This document shows positions 10,739-20,576 of a stretch of 64,000 nt of DNA, one piece after another. Position numbers and translations under genes: made by a program. Source of the stretch: Candidatus Thorarchaeota archaeon (GTDB taxonomy: Archaea > Asgardarchaeota > Thorarchaeia > Thorarchaeales > Thorarchaeaceae); assembly GCA_048882325.1 (NCBI GenBank), contig JBHLRS010000001.1, positions 32,001 to 96,000 of the forward strand, in the 5' to 3' direction. Within the stretch, counting starts at the first letter, position 1, and each line of letters begins with the position of its first letter. The notes under the pieces were generated by a model. The model searched no databases. It was not told the DNA's origin and saw only the letters and a program-made list of their open reading frames with translations.

Positions 10739-11140
10739 GTGGCAAAAATGCAGAAGTCACTCTTTGATATCATCAGCGCATGGACACTATTTTTCAACCT
10801 CGATGAGATGGAAGACACACTAATTCAGGTTTCTACACAGTTTAATGATAAGAAAGTCAAATTCAAGCTTCTTGAGGATCTATCGGACTTGCATGAGTTG
10901 ATGTATGACCCTAATGAGTCAATGACAGATACACGCATGTCGATCCTGATTGATAGATTTATTTTTGAAAAGGAGAAACAAGATGTAGCACAATTTGTTA
11001 AAATTGAGAGTTCAGGACCGCCAGAATACAGATTGGAAGTTCTGAACATTGAGGAGACAATCGCCAAGTTTCCTGATTGGTTTGAACCTTTTGAGGGCAT
11101 GACATGGGATGATACAAGGTCGAGATTGCTTGACAAGTAG
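10739..11140 (+). CDS. Hypothetical protein
   Basis: 133-aa acidic ORF with typical composition. Confidence 0.65.
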   Translation: MAKMQKSLFDIISAWTLFFNLDEMEDTLIQVSTQFNDKKVKFKLLEDLSDLHELMYDPNESMTDTRMSILIDRFIFEKEKQDVAQFVKIESSGPPEYRLEVLNIEETIAKFPDWFEPFEGMTWDDTRSRLLDK

Positions 11141-11176
11141 CAGATTTATCTTACGTAATTGAGAACTTTTCTGATG

Positions 11177-11602
11177 TCATTGTTTCCTCATCCGTTCGAA
11201 TTCTGCAGCAATACTTCCAGCTCTTCCAAGTGATAGTATTGTTAGAAAAAACATCCATACTGGGAAGAGTACCCACCAAGTATCGGGTCCTGATATCATT
11301 GCCATCGGGATGAAAACAACAATCAGTATGATCGTTGTTGCAACAAAATATGGGAGTTGAGTGATAATACCTAGTCTTCTTGGATTATTGATACTATGCA
11401 TGTAGAATCGTTGCCATCTCTCCATCTGGTCTTCAGAGAGGTGTTTGATTTTTCTTCCTTGATACTCCTCGACTCCTTTCTTGATGCATTTTTTGAAATA
11501 CCATTTCAACACACGCTCCAAAATGATTCCACTGACAAAGAGGAGGATTGTGAACAGAAGGATAAAGAGAACTCCTATGTCTCCTGATATCGTAATTTGC
11601 AT
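11177..11602 (-). CDS. Hypothetical membrane protein (3 TM)
   Basis: Three hydrophobic helices; GGAGGG upstream. Confidence 0.65.
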   Translation of the reverse strand: MQITISGDIGVLFILLFTILLFVSGIILERVLKWYFKKCIKKGVEEYQGRKIKHLSEDQMERWQRFYMHSINNPRRLGIITQLPYFVATTIILIVVFIPMAMISGPDTWWVLFPVWMFFLTILSLGRAGSIAAEFERMRKQ

Positions 11603-11620
11603 CTATTCCCCTCCCAAATG

Positions 11621-11656
11621 AAAAGAAGTAAAATTCCGGAGCCAAAGCTCCGGAAT
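11621..11656 (-). terminator. Hairpin + U-tract terminator
   Basis: 10-bp stem ATTCCGGAGC-N4-GCTCCGGAAT, then TTTACTTCTTTT on the minus strand. Confidence 0.7.
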
Positions 11657-11667
11657 AGCTAAATAGA

Positions 11668-12228
11668 CTACTCTTGATAGCCCTTCATGTAGCCCTCGCG
11701 TTGATTCCATTTCTCCTCGAGGCGCTGCATGATAGTCCACATTTGATAGGTGTAATTCCAGGCTTCGTCAAACTTACCCTGATTCATGTCGTCTTGGAAC
11801 TCCTCCACGACATCATTGATTGCACCTATGTCATCGATGATGACTGCATCAAACTCGTACACTTGGTCGAGCTCTTTCTCGTTGATCTTCTCCTTTGAAC
11901 CCCAGGCAGCGTATCCATAGTCGGCGTATCTGATGGCTGATTCAATCTTGTCTGTCAACGCGAGCATTCTATCGAATGTTTCCCACGTCTTAGTGAGATT
12001 GTAATCCACTGCCATCATCTGCAGCTTCTCAAGGTCTTGCTTGACAAGTCGTAGCTGGTCAGCCATGAACTCACGAAGGACCTTGTCTGCTGCGCGGCGT
12101 TCTTCCTTCTCTTGATACCCGTGCCAGCCGGGGATGTAGTGAGTGATCTTACCGAAGAAGCCTCCCTTGATGTCCTTGGCAGCCTTCTTTCTGATTCTCT
12201 TGGCAATTGGGTCAGTTACTTTACCCAT
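11668..12228 (-). CDS. Conserved hypothetical helical protein
   Basis: YIPGWHGYQEKEERRAADKVLRE...IRYADYGY...LDQVYEFD pattern, recalled from uncharacterised archaeal and bacterial proteins. Confidence 0.7.
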   Translation of the reverse strand: MGKVTDPIAKRIRKKAAKDIKGGFFGKITHYIPGWHGYQEKEERRAADKVLREFMADQLRLVKQDLEKLQMMAVDYNLTKTWETFDRMLALTDKIESAIRYADYGYAAWGSKEKINEKELDQVYEFDAVIIDDIGAINDVVEEFQDDMNQGKFDEAWNYTYQMWTIMQRLEEKWNQREGYMKGYQE

Positions 12229-12405
12229 GCTGATGATTCTCCTGAATGTTTACAACCCCCTAGGCATGACTAATGGGGTTGACCTGCTTGGGACTATACT
12301 TGAGTCCTTAAAAAACATGTCACAACATGTTTAGCCTTATTCTGATGCCCTCAGGAATCGCCGACAAGGCGTTCCTTAAATATGATTAATTGTTGGTCGA
12401 CAATC

Positions 12406-14388
12406 ATGACAGAGCAGGGTGTAATCCGCGATATAGACTGGAACGTTGAACCTGCAAAGATGAGGTCTATTGTGGATGAAGAAATTGAGAATGCAAAGAA
12501 GAAACTTGATGAAATTGCTGGGACGGTACATGACCAGGTGACTCTTCAGACGCTCAAGGATTTCGAGGAAGTATTGGGCTCTTTTGGTGAGAAAATTGGT
12601 CAGATATTCTTCATGAAGAACGTGTCTCCAGATAAGGATCAGCGTGATATGGCTGATGAGATAGAGAAGGATGCAAGGAAATTCCTCAACGAGATTTGGG
12701 GGAGAAAGGACATCTATGATGTGATTGTAAACCTCGAACCCAAGATGGATTCTCTGGATCCTGAAGAGAAGACTCTACTCGATTTGACACTGAAGGAGTT
12801 TCGACATAGAGGGGCTGCTCTAGATGATGAGAAGAGAAAGGAATTTCTCGAGATTGCCAATAATATTACTGTCCTTGAAACCGAATTTGCCAGAACATTA
12901 AATGAAATTACTACTACTGTTCCCTTCACGGAAGAGGAGCTTGAAGGTGTACCATCCCATGTCTATGAGAACTTGGAGAAAGATGGTAACAAGTTCTTGT
13001 GTTCTCTTGATTATCCCGTCTTCCTTCCTGTAAGAACATATGCGAAGAATCCTGAAACCAGAAAGACGATGCAGATAGCATTTTTGCAGCGTGGTGGAAA
13101 AGAGAACACCGAACGCCTTTCGGATGCTCTAGCCTTAAGGGAAAGACAAGCAAAGCTTCTTGGTTTCGCTAATTACGCAGAGTATGGAATCAGCAGGAAA
13201 ATGGCCAAGACTCCTAAGAGAGTCATTGATTTTATGGATGAGTTGAAGGATAAACTTACTCCACTCAGTGACAAGGAAACCCTTGTCCTTCGTGAGATGA
13301 AAGCAAAAGAACAAGGTATACCACTCGAAGAAACTAAGGTTGAGATTTGGGACTTGTTCTACTATCATGAGATGCTCATGAGAGACAAATACGCAGTCGA
13401 CCAGAATAAGGTGAAAGAATACTTTCCGATGGATCGTGTGATCAAAGGTGTTCTTGATGTCTACCAGGCTGTTCTCAATCTCGAGTTCAAAGAACCCGAC
13501 AAACCTAATGTGTGGCATGAAGATGTCATACAATACAAGGTGATTGACAAGACAAATGGCAAGACACTCGGAGTATTCTATTTGGACCTCTACCCACGAG
13601 ATGGAAAGTACAAACACTATGCTGTGTTTGATTTCATGGACCGTCGTGTCAAGAATGGGAAGGAACTACTTCCTATCTGTTCTATGGTGTCCAACTATGA
13701 AAAGCCAACTAAGGACAAACCTTCTCTTCTCAACCATTCAGAGGTCGAGACATTCTTCCACGAGTTTGGTCACCTTATGCATGTGATTAGCAATCAAGCG
13801 AGTTATGCACGGTTTGGATTGGATGGAGTATTGAAGGACTTTATTGAAACTCCATCGATGATGTTCCAGAATTGGGCTTGGAAGGACGAGGTTCTTTCAG
13901 GTCTATCTGGTTATTACAAGAACCCAGATGAGAAGCTACCCAAAGAGACCCTCAAGAGTCTCATTGATGCCAAACTACTCAATATCGGAACCCTGACACT
14001 CAGACAGGTTGCTTATTCATTGATCGACATGGTATACCACACTAAGGGAGCTGAGGATCCGAATGCAGTGTTTAGGAAACTCTTCACGGAGGTCACAAAA
14101 TACGACCTTCCTGAAAACACTCGTTTTGAGGCTGGATTCAGTCATCTCATGAGTCAGCTCTATGCTGCTGGATACTATAGTTACACATGGTCTCAGGTGT
14201 ATGCTGAAGATATCTTCACTAAGTTCGAAGAGAACGGTTACATGGATCCCGAAACTGGGACCGAGTACCGTCAGAAGATTCTGGCTCCTGGTGGAAGCCT
14301 AGACCCCGATGACATGGTTCATAGTTTCCTCGGGCGCGACATGAAGATTGATGCATTCATGAAGTCCCTTGGACTCGATGCCAAGTAA
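12406..14388 (+). CDS. M3A family metallopeptidase (thimet oligopeptidase-like)
   Basis: FYLDLYPRDGKY.H, FHEFGHLMH, DFIETPS, F.HL...Y.AGYYSY.WS. Confidence 0.93.
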   Translation: MTEQGVIRDIDWNVEPAKMRSIVDEEIENAKKKLDEIAGTVHDQVTLQTLKDFEEVLGSFGEKIGQIFFMKNVSPDKDQRDMADEIEKDARKFLNEIWGRKDIYDVIVNLEPKMDSLDPEEKTLLDLTLKEFRHRGAALDDEKRKEFLEIANNITVLETEFARTLNEITTTVPFTEEELEGVPSHVYENLEKDGNKFLCSLDYPVFLPVRTYAKNPETRKTMQIAFLQRGGKENTERLSDALALRERQAKLLGFANYAEYGISRKMAKTPKRVIDFMDELKDKLTPLSDKETLVLREMKAKEQGIPLEETKVEIWDLFYYHEMLMRDKYAVDQNKVKEYFPMDRVIKGVLDVYQAVLNLEFKEPDKPNVWHEDVIQYKVIDKTNGKTLGVFYLDLYPRDGKYKHYAVFDFMDRRVKNGKELLPICSMVSNYEKPTKDKPSLLNHSEVETFFHEFGHLMHVISNQASYARFGLDGVLKDFIETPSMMFQNWAWKDEVLSGLSGYYKNPDEKLPKETLKSLIDAKLLNIGTLTLRQVAYSLIDMVYHTKGAEDPNAVFRKLFTEVTKYDLPENTRFEAGFSHLMSQLYAAGYYSYTWSQVYAEDIFTKFEENGYMDPETGTEYRQKILAPGGSLDPDDMVHSFLGRDMKIDAFMKSLGLDAK

Positions 14389-14432
14389 AAGAAAGAACAT
14401 CGTAGGGCAGTCAGTCTGCCCTACTCATTTTT
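14386..14432. terminator. Bidirectional hairpin terminator between convergent genes
   Basis: GTAGGGCAG-N5-CTGCCCTAC with an A-rich 5' flank and a T-rich 3' flank. Confidence 0.7.
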
Positions 14433-14442
14433 GTAATATTGG

Positions 14443-15642
14443 TTACCAGAGCTGATACTGTCTCTTAACAAATCCTTCCCAGACTCTCGGGAGTTTGGCA
14501 ATGACTTCCTCTGTTATTGACTCTGTGGAGGCCTTCACCTTCTCAATGTCACAGTCTCCATAGAGCTCGACATTGATTGCCAACGGCTCAGTAATGGGTG
14601 CACCAATCTGACTCACAAGATAGCAGTAGACCTGGGAAAGGTCTGGATGTTCCTTATAGACTCGTTCGGTGATTTCCCTTGCGGCTACATTGTAAGTTTT
14701 TCCTACGTGTGACACAGGGTTCTTTCCAGCAGCTGCTTCAAGAGTCATTGGTCTGTAAGGAGTAATCAGACCATTCGCTCGATTACCTCTACCAACTTGA
14801 CCATCATCGCCATGTTCAGCTGATGTGCCAGTTACTGTCAAGTAAAAGAGACCATCTTCGGGACTATCTGCAGTGTTAACACTAACCTCAGTTTCCATGT
14901 CCGTAATCTTGACAGCGAGGTCCTTCACAAGATCAGTGATTCCCTCCATGACATTGGCATACTCATCCTTGTCCTTTGTCTTACTGGAGATTATGGCTGC
15001 CGCAACCTGAACATGGATCTTGTCATCAATTCGAGTTCCCATGATTTTGATGTCTTCTCCAATCTGCGGCCACTGCTTCTTCACCTTCTCACTATTCAGT
15101 AGTTGTTCAGACTCGAGGGTGATTAACTCAGTAGGTGAGAGTGGTGCATAGCCAACACCGAAGCTTGTGTCATTGGCTCGTGGGATACCAGTTTCCAGAT
15201 CAAAGTTACCAACGAGATCCGTGCTTCCAGCTCGTATCTTGTAATCAATGATCACATCAGAGTTTACATCAAGATTCGGGAGGTCCTTACTCAGCCATTC
15301 TCTTGTGTGCTCAACCGCGAACTTGCCAACTGGAACTTGTCGTTCGTAGTCTTTGTCAACAACATCAACAGCTCGTCCACTCATCAAAATGTAAATTGGC
15401 TCAATTACATCACCGCCGCCAAACTTGGCGTTTGACTGTCCTCCGACCAACAGGACCTTGTCCACGTTGTGATGTTGAACCTGATCAAAAGTCTCCATGT
15501 AATATTCGCTAAGGCGAACCGATAATTCCTCTGCAGCTTTGTCGCAAAGGGTGTCGGGATGCCCCTTACCTTTCCTTTCAACAATCTCCACTGGGAGCTT
15601 GTCAACAGAAGGTCCAGCACCGGGCGTGACTTTCAAATTCAT
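14443..15642 (-). CDS. mat: Archaeal S-adenosylmethionine synthetase
   Basis: VEIVERKGKGHPDTLCD, ANDTSFGVG, GEDIKIMG, GDDGQVGRGNR.NGLITP.RPM.LEA.AGKNPV.HVGK. Confidence 0.95.
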   Translation of the reverse strand: MNLKVTPGAGPSVDKLPVEIVERKGKGHPDTLCDKAAEELSVRLSEYYMETFDQVQHHNVDKVLLVGGQSNAKFGGGDVIEPIYILMSGRAVDVVDKDYERQVPVGKFAVEHTREWLSKDLPNLDVNSDVIIDYKIRAGSTDLVGNFDLETGIPRANDTSFGVGYAPLSPTELITLESEQLLNSEKVKKQWPQIGEDIKIMGTRIDDKIHVQVAAAIISSKTKDKDEYANVMEGITDLVKDLAVKITDMETEVSVNTADSPEDGLFYLTVTGTSAEHGDDGQVGRGNRANGLITPYRPMTLEAAAGKNPVSHVGKTYNVAAREITERVYKEHPDLSQVYCYLVSQIGAPITEPLAINVELYGDCDIEKVKASTESITEEVIAKLPRVWEGFVKRQYQLW

Positions 15643-15738
15643 TATAAATCAACTCATCTTTTTCACTCGGCGCAGTGGTGTTAATATAAAAGAATTGCGT
15701 TAAGTGACGAAAAAATACCGTAGGGTAATTAAAACTAA

Positions 15739-15763
15739 ATATTCATATTACTTAGAGGAATAT
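15739..15763. promoter_or_regulatory. Candidate operator (inverted repeat) in the divergent mat / HTH-CBS intergenic region
   Basis: ATATTC-N13-GAATAT just upstream of the regulator start. Confidence 0.35.
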
Positions 15764-15770
15764 CCTGGGT

Positions 15771-16304
15771 GTGATTCTCACAGCAGATGACATCCAGAAA
15801 CTCAGACAAAGAAAGGGTCTGACTCAGTCAGAACTTGCTGCCAAGGTTGGTGTTTCACAATCATATATTGCGAGATTAGAACGTGGTTCGCTCGATCCCA
15901 AACTCTCTCTTGTCAAGAAAATAGTCGACATATTAACAATTGAATCTGGAAGAGTATGTTCTGAAATCATGACAACAGATCCAACCACAGTGGATGCTCG
16001 TGATGTGGTTTCTACTGCTGTTTCCCTGATGCAGGAACACAATTATTCTCAGCTACCTGTTATGCGTGGTACACAAATCGTTGGAATCATCACGGAATGG
16101 GACATCATACAAAACCTGCAACATAATCTTCATGAGATTTCAGTGCAGGCTATTATGAGTCCCAGTAGTGTACTAATGGTTGACGGGAATAAATCCATCG
16201 ACGTCATCATACCTCTTTTCGAGAACTACCAAGCGGTACTTGTCCAGAACCAAGGGCGTATCCAAGGCATCATTACAAGGTCAGACCTGCTTAGACTTAT
16301 CTGA
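15771..16304 (+). CDS. XRE-HTH + CBS-pair transcriptional regulator
   Basis: LRQRKGLTQSELAAKVGVSQSYIARLERG; CBS motifs YSQLPV..VGIITEWD and GIITRSDLL. Confidence 0.92.
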   Translation: MILTADDIQKLRQRKGLTQSELAAKVGVSQSYIARLERGSLDPKLSLVKKIVDILTIESGRVCSEIMTTDPTTVDARDVVSTAVSLMQEHNYSQLPVMRGTQIVGIITEWDIIQNLQHNLHEISVQAIMSPSSVLMVDGNKSIDVIIPLFENYQAVLVQNQGRIQGIITRSDLLRLI

Positions 16305-16350
16305 AAATATGCACAGGAAAAATCGGTGGTTTGAGGTGAGCAGTCGACGA

Positions 16351-17307
16351 ATGGCTCGCATATGGCCATATACAAGGTTTACAGTATATCAACGCGAGTT
16401 GAGGAAAGCTGCCGCAAGATGGTTTTCCAAGAAAGGCTATGTAACTGATACGAAGATGCGCTATTGTCTGAAATCTAGAAATGATTGGTCATTGAATATA
16501 ATCTGTAAAGACGTAGCAGAGTATATCCAGAGGGAAAATGAACAGAGTATGGGTGAGAAGTTTTTCCCTCTTCACAAGTATCTCCATCACGGACTTAGTA
16601 GTCAAGCTTTGATATTCAACCTTGTTGGACCTCTCATTGTGAGAAAGGATTTAGAACCTCTTCGAATAGCAATTGAGAGGGCAGGCATTGACTGGCCTGA
16701 AGGGGAGATTACCACAGAGTTTGAGTATGATAATAAGACCATCTTCAATGAAGATTCTGGACAACCCACATCAATGGACCTCGTAATTTCGGGCGAGAAC
16801 GGAAGAATCTTTGTCGAGTCAAAATTCACAGAACAGGAATTTGGTGATTGTTCTGTCTTTACTGGGGGTGATTGTGATGGCAGAAATCCCCTAGTTTATG
16901 GACTTGACACTTGCTATCTCCACCACATCGGAAGGAAATATTGGGTCCTGATGAGTGAGTTTGGCTTCGGAGATTCTGGAATCGCTTCTGGTTTCATCTG
17001 TCCGTTCACAAACTACTATCAATTCTTCAGAGAGGTTTTATTCTCATTGAAAGAAGAGGGTTGCTTCCTTCTTCTCTATGATGAGAGAAGCCCTGTGTTT
17101 GTCAAGACCTCTAAGAATGGTATTGAATCTGGTCTGTGGCCATTTCTTTTGGAATCTGTTCTTAGTCAACATAAAAGGAAAATCGGACGGGTGACTATTC
17201 AACAGGTAGTCCAAGCAATCTCTGAATCTGGACGGCATAGCGATTGGTTGGGTGAGTTCAAGCAGAAGTATGGCATCGATACTCACATTCAGACCAAGTT
17301 GAAATGA
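16351..17307 (+). CDS. Putative PD-(D/E)xK restriction-like endonuclease (PGN_0703-like)
   Basis: LSSQALIFNL..PL, EFEY, QPTSMDL, FVESKFTE.EFG.CS, CPF..YYQ. Confidence 0.7.
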   Translation: MARIWPYTRFTVYQRELRKAAARWFSKKGYVTDTKMRYCLKSRNDWSLNIICKDVAEYIQRENEQSMGEKFFPLHKYLHHGLSSQALIFNLVGPLIVRKDLEPLRIAIERAGIDWPEGEITTEFEYDNKTIFNEDSGQPTSMDLVISGENGRIFVESKFTEQEFGDCSVFTGGDCDGRNPLVYGLDTCYLHHIGRKYWVLMSEFGFGDSGIASGFICPFTNYYQFFREVLFSLKEEGCFLLLYDERSPVFVKTSKNGIESGLWPFLLESVLSQHKRKIGRVTIQQVVQAISESGRHSDWLGEFKQKYGIDTHIQTKLK

Positions 17308-17383
17308 CAATCTCATTTGAAGCTCAAAGGTTTATTTACCTGTGATACACTCGAACTACCGTCGTGTGGAGATCGCGCTGACC

Positions 17384-19822
17384 ATGAAGAATCTTGATCC
17401 TTCTCTAGCCCGAGTCATTCGTGCACTTGGTATTTCTCATCTTAATGAGGTTCAGCAGACTGCATCAAATGGTGGTCTCTTTTCAACTCAAGATGACTTT
17501 GCTTTAGTTTCACAATCTCGAACTGGAAAGAGCTTTGTTGGTGTCTTACTAGTTGCAAATGAATTGTTCAAATTGAAATCCGATGACGGGCTTGCAATCA
17601 TTATAGCCCCATTTCATGCTTCAGCTCGTGAAACCGCCACACTTGTTTCACAGATTTTTGGCTGGTTCTTGAGGCCTTTAGTCCTTGTCGGTGAGGTTCA
17701 GCAGACTGAGATTGCATTAAGACTCTCTAAGGGTATGGCACCGAACGTGATTATTGCTACACCCGATGCACTTCGAGATCTAATTCGAGGTAATACTACT
17801 CGTGAGTGGCTCCTTTCCAGAAATGTGGCTGTTACTGTGTTCGATGATGTGCATTCAATTCTGCACGACCCATCCAGAGGAAGCATGTTGATTGAACTCA
17901 GTGATTTCTTCAAGGAGAAATGTTCTCAATCCCCACGGCGACTGTTTCTGTCAGCAGAATTCGATAACCCGGAACGCTTGAAGCAGCTCTTTGATGTTCG
18001 TATTATCAAAGACAAGAACAAGTATGTATCTCCCACATTTGACCTTGTGAAGTACTCAGCCCCTAAGGACAAGAAGAAGCAACTTGTTCAACTTATTGAG
18101 AATCTTGCGGAAGAAGGAAAGAGAACTCTCGTTTACATGAAACCCATTGGTACAATCACCAAATTCCTTGATGAGCATGGTTCCAGTATCGCGGAATTGG
18201 CATCCTACGACATAGACCCACTAGTCAGATCACGTCTTGAGAAAATCGCGTGTGTCCTTGACGAACTGGAATACGAGTATGATCATCTGGTTACACATGG
18301 TATTGGTTGCTATCACGGACTGATGCAAGAAGAGCACCGCTGGTTCATTGAGTGGGCATTTAGGCGAAAACATCTTCGCTTCCTCTTTGGTACTGAAGCA
18401 CTTGCATATGGTGTGAACACTCCAGTTTCACATGTGGTTATGGAGTCCCCTGGAATCGATGAGATTTTCAGACAGTCTATGATGGCACGCGCCATTCGTA
18501 TGCGACGGGGTAAGGGTCATGCAGGAAGATGTACAGTCTATGCCAAAAGTATCAAAGATGTAGGTTCTCTCCAAAGAGTCTATGAGAATCCTAACCTCCC
18601 TGTACGGTTCATCACTAACCATAACATCTCAAATCTTCTTCTAGGTCTGATTGGTCTAGATCTCTTGAACAATGAAACTCAGCGAACTGAACTTTCTGAA
18701 AGACTAGAACTTCTCTTCAAGAAAGGATCAACTGGAAGAGTCCTGAATGAACTTGTGAGAGCTAAACCACCTCTTGTAGAAAAAGTCGAAGACACCAAAC
18801 TCAGGTTGACTCCACTGGGCGCACTAGCATTCGAGTCGGTCCTATCAGGAGAACAGGTAGAAAGAGTAGTTGAAGGACTGCAGCTATTATCCACAACCAG
18901 CACTCTTCCTACAATCTATGATCTCCTTCTAATCTTGAATCATGCTAGTATCCTTGAAAGTGAGTCAGCGAAATCCAAGAAGGAAATTGATGAAGATCAC
19001 AAGAAGTATCTCAAGAAGTCCGTAGACTCTGTACTTCTCAACAGCATTCTTGATACCAAGTTGGAACCTCAATGGCAGAAATCAGTAGAATTCTCAACTC
19101 TGTTGCTGAATGCGATAAGCAACACGTCAGAATTTGAACCATCAACTAGAAAGAGTGTCGATCGACTTGTTGCTGAAATCAGACTCTTCTCAATGAATCT
19201 TGTTTCTTTCCTGTCAGGGTTACAGCGAATTGATGAATTTGTTCAAGATGAATCGAAACTCAGGACTATCACAACACTTCTAGACCTATTGAACAATGAA
19301 TCATTCATTGATCTTCTATTTGGACCAGAATCAGAATCTGCAAGCTTGAGGTTTCGTGATTTGTCTTTTGTCGACTTTGGGGATATCGAGAGAACAATTG
19401 ATTTCACATTGACCTCCGACCTTACATCAGCTGAGAAGATTCAGCTACTCGAACTATTGGATACTGTTGAATCGACTACCTCTGCTTTTATTGATCTCCT
19501 TGAGAGGTCTCAAGATGATGAAGATGCTCGGGCTGCATTGGAAACTGTTCTCGAATTTAGTAAAGAGGGTATAATGGGTAAGAACTTGATTCGAGCACTC
19601 GAGGAAGAGGGATTGGTCGAACGTGGACAGTTGGACCAGCTGATGCATAGTTTCTCAACTCGAGTTGACAATTTACAGAAGAGGACTGATGCCCCTGCGA
19701 AAGCTGCCAAAGTCATGATTGCCCTGTTCTCGGGGGATGTAGTCGGTCTTGCCACTAGTGGATATAATGCTCTTCGCATGATTCTAGGTCGACGAAAAGT
19801 TGACACACGTGGAATGTCTTAG
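17384..19822 (+). CDS. Hel308/Ski2-like SF2 helicase homolog with degenerate motifs
   Basis: Q motif LNEVQ, SRTGKS, DDVH, RG..LIE, LSAE, GIGCYHG, GTEALAYGVNTP, QSMMARAIR, winged-helix LTPLG. Confidence 0.8.
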   Translation: MKNLDPSLARVIRALGISHLNEVQQTASNGGLFSTQDDFALVSQSRTGKSFVGVLLVANELFKLKSDDGLAIIIAPFHASARETATLVSQIFGWFLRPLVLVGEVQQTEIALRLSKGMAPNVIIATPDALRDLIRGNTTREWLLSRNVAVTVFDDVHSILHDPSRGSMLIELSDFFKEKCSQSPRRLFLSAEFDNPERLKQLFDVRIIKDKNKYVSPTFDLVKYSAPKDKKKQLVQLIENLAEEGKRTLVYMKPIGTITKFLDEHGSSIAELASYDIDPLVRSRLEKIACVLDELEYEYDHLVTHGIGCYHGLMQEEHRWFIEWAFRRKHLRFLFGTEALAYGVNTPVSHVVMESPGIDEIFRQSMMARAIRMRRGKGHAGRCTVYAKSIKDVGSLQRVYENPNLPVRFITNHNISNLLLGLIGLDLLNNETQRTELSERLELLFKKGSTGRVLNELVRAKPPLVEKVEDTKLRLTPLGALAFESVLSGEQVERVVEGLQLLSTTSTLPTIYDLLLILNHASILESESAKSKKEIDEDHKKYLKKSVDSVLLNSILDTKLEPQWQKSVEFSTLLLNAISNTSEFEPSTRKSVDRLVAEIRLFSMNLVSFLSGLQRIDEFVQDESKLRTITTLLDLLNNESFIDLLFGPESESASLRFRDLSFVDFGDIERTIDFTLTSDLTSAEKIQLLELLDTVESTTSAFIDLLERSQDDEDARAALETVLEFSKEGIMGKNLIRALEEEGLVERGQLDQLMHSFSTRVDNLQKRTDAPAKAAKVMIALFSGDVVGLATSGYNALRMILGRRKVDTRGMS

Positions 19823-19908
19823 TGAATGTTCCATATCGTACATTCCTACAAATTGTGCCCCCGCAGAATGTCTTATATGGCGAAAAAAGTAGGAACATTC
19901 GGAATAAC

Positions 19909-20565
19909 ATGGCATATTACCTAGATACACTTGACGACCTTCGTGAGGGCCTCGACACATTTGTCGAGAAGTGGGCAAACATACAAAGGAAGTCTGTGAA
20001 AGCCATCCAAGCAGTTACAAATACCATTATGCAGATTGAGCATTTGGACGGACCAGTAGGTAAACTTGAGAGTTTTCAAAATATCCGTGAGAATGCAAAG
20101 GGAATTCTCCTTGTCACCCTCTATGATAAATTAGTACCAGCATTGGAAACCTCCATCCGAGAGTTCACCAAACTCATGCATATGTTCGAGAATCTTCGTC
20201 ATACATCTTCGAAGATTCAAACATTGACCGAGACCATGCGTGGAAACCTTGAAGACTCCCCTGAGCTCGATGATCTTGTGGGATTCCTTGACTTGATCAT
20301 GATTAGTGTACGAGAAGTTCTGAATATGTATGAGTCTGAGTTTCTCGTGAAGCTCACAATCTTCCGAGACTTTGAGGAAGGCGCAATAGAGATTGGTGTT
20401 GTCAGCAATTATCTTACCATTTGGGGCATTGAACCCAACATCGAGGTCAACGCACGTGACAAGCTTCTCAAAGATCTAGATGAGCATGTTGAGCTGCTGA
20501 GAGATGTGTTTGCTGGTAAGACAGGTATTAGGATACCTGACCAGTACAAGAGAATACAACTCTAA
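19909..20565 (+). CDS. Helical protein resembling CINP/C1orf109 family
   Basis: EKWANIQ...TN; LNMYESEFLVKLTI; YLTIWGIEPNIE, compared with recalled CINP LEMYRKELLLKRTV and YLSMWLHQPYVE. Confidence 0.6.
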   Translation: MAYYLDTLDDLREGLDTFVEKWANIQRKSVKAIQAVTNTIMQIEHLDGPVGKLESFQNIRENAKGILLVTLYDKLVPALETSIREFTKLMHMFENLRHTSSKIQTLTETMRGNLEDSPELDDLVGFLDLIMISVREVLNMYESEFLVKLTIFRDFEEGAIEIGVVSNYLTIWGIEPNIEVNARDKLLKDLDEHVELLRDVFAGKTGIRIPDQYKRIQL

Positions 20566-20576
20566 TTCTCCACATC

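Noticed and set aside
16180-16350. ORF-track N-terminal extension of the nuclease gene
   Set aside because: Overlaps the HTH-CBS gene; GAGGTGA precedes the ATG at 16351
19820-19908. Apparent TAGTG stop/start coupling between the helicase and CINP-like genes
   Set aside because: A TATA-like CTTATAT near 19872 and the ATG at 19909 fit better, so coupling was not used as evidence
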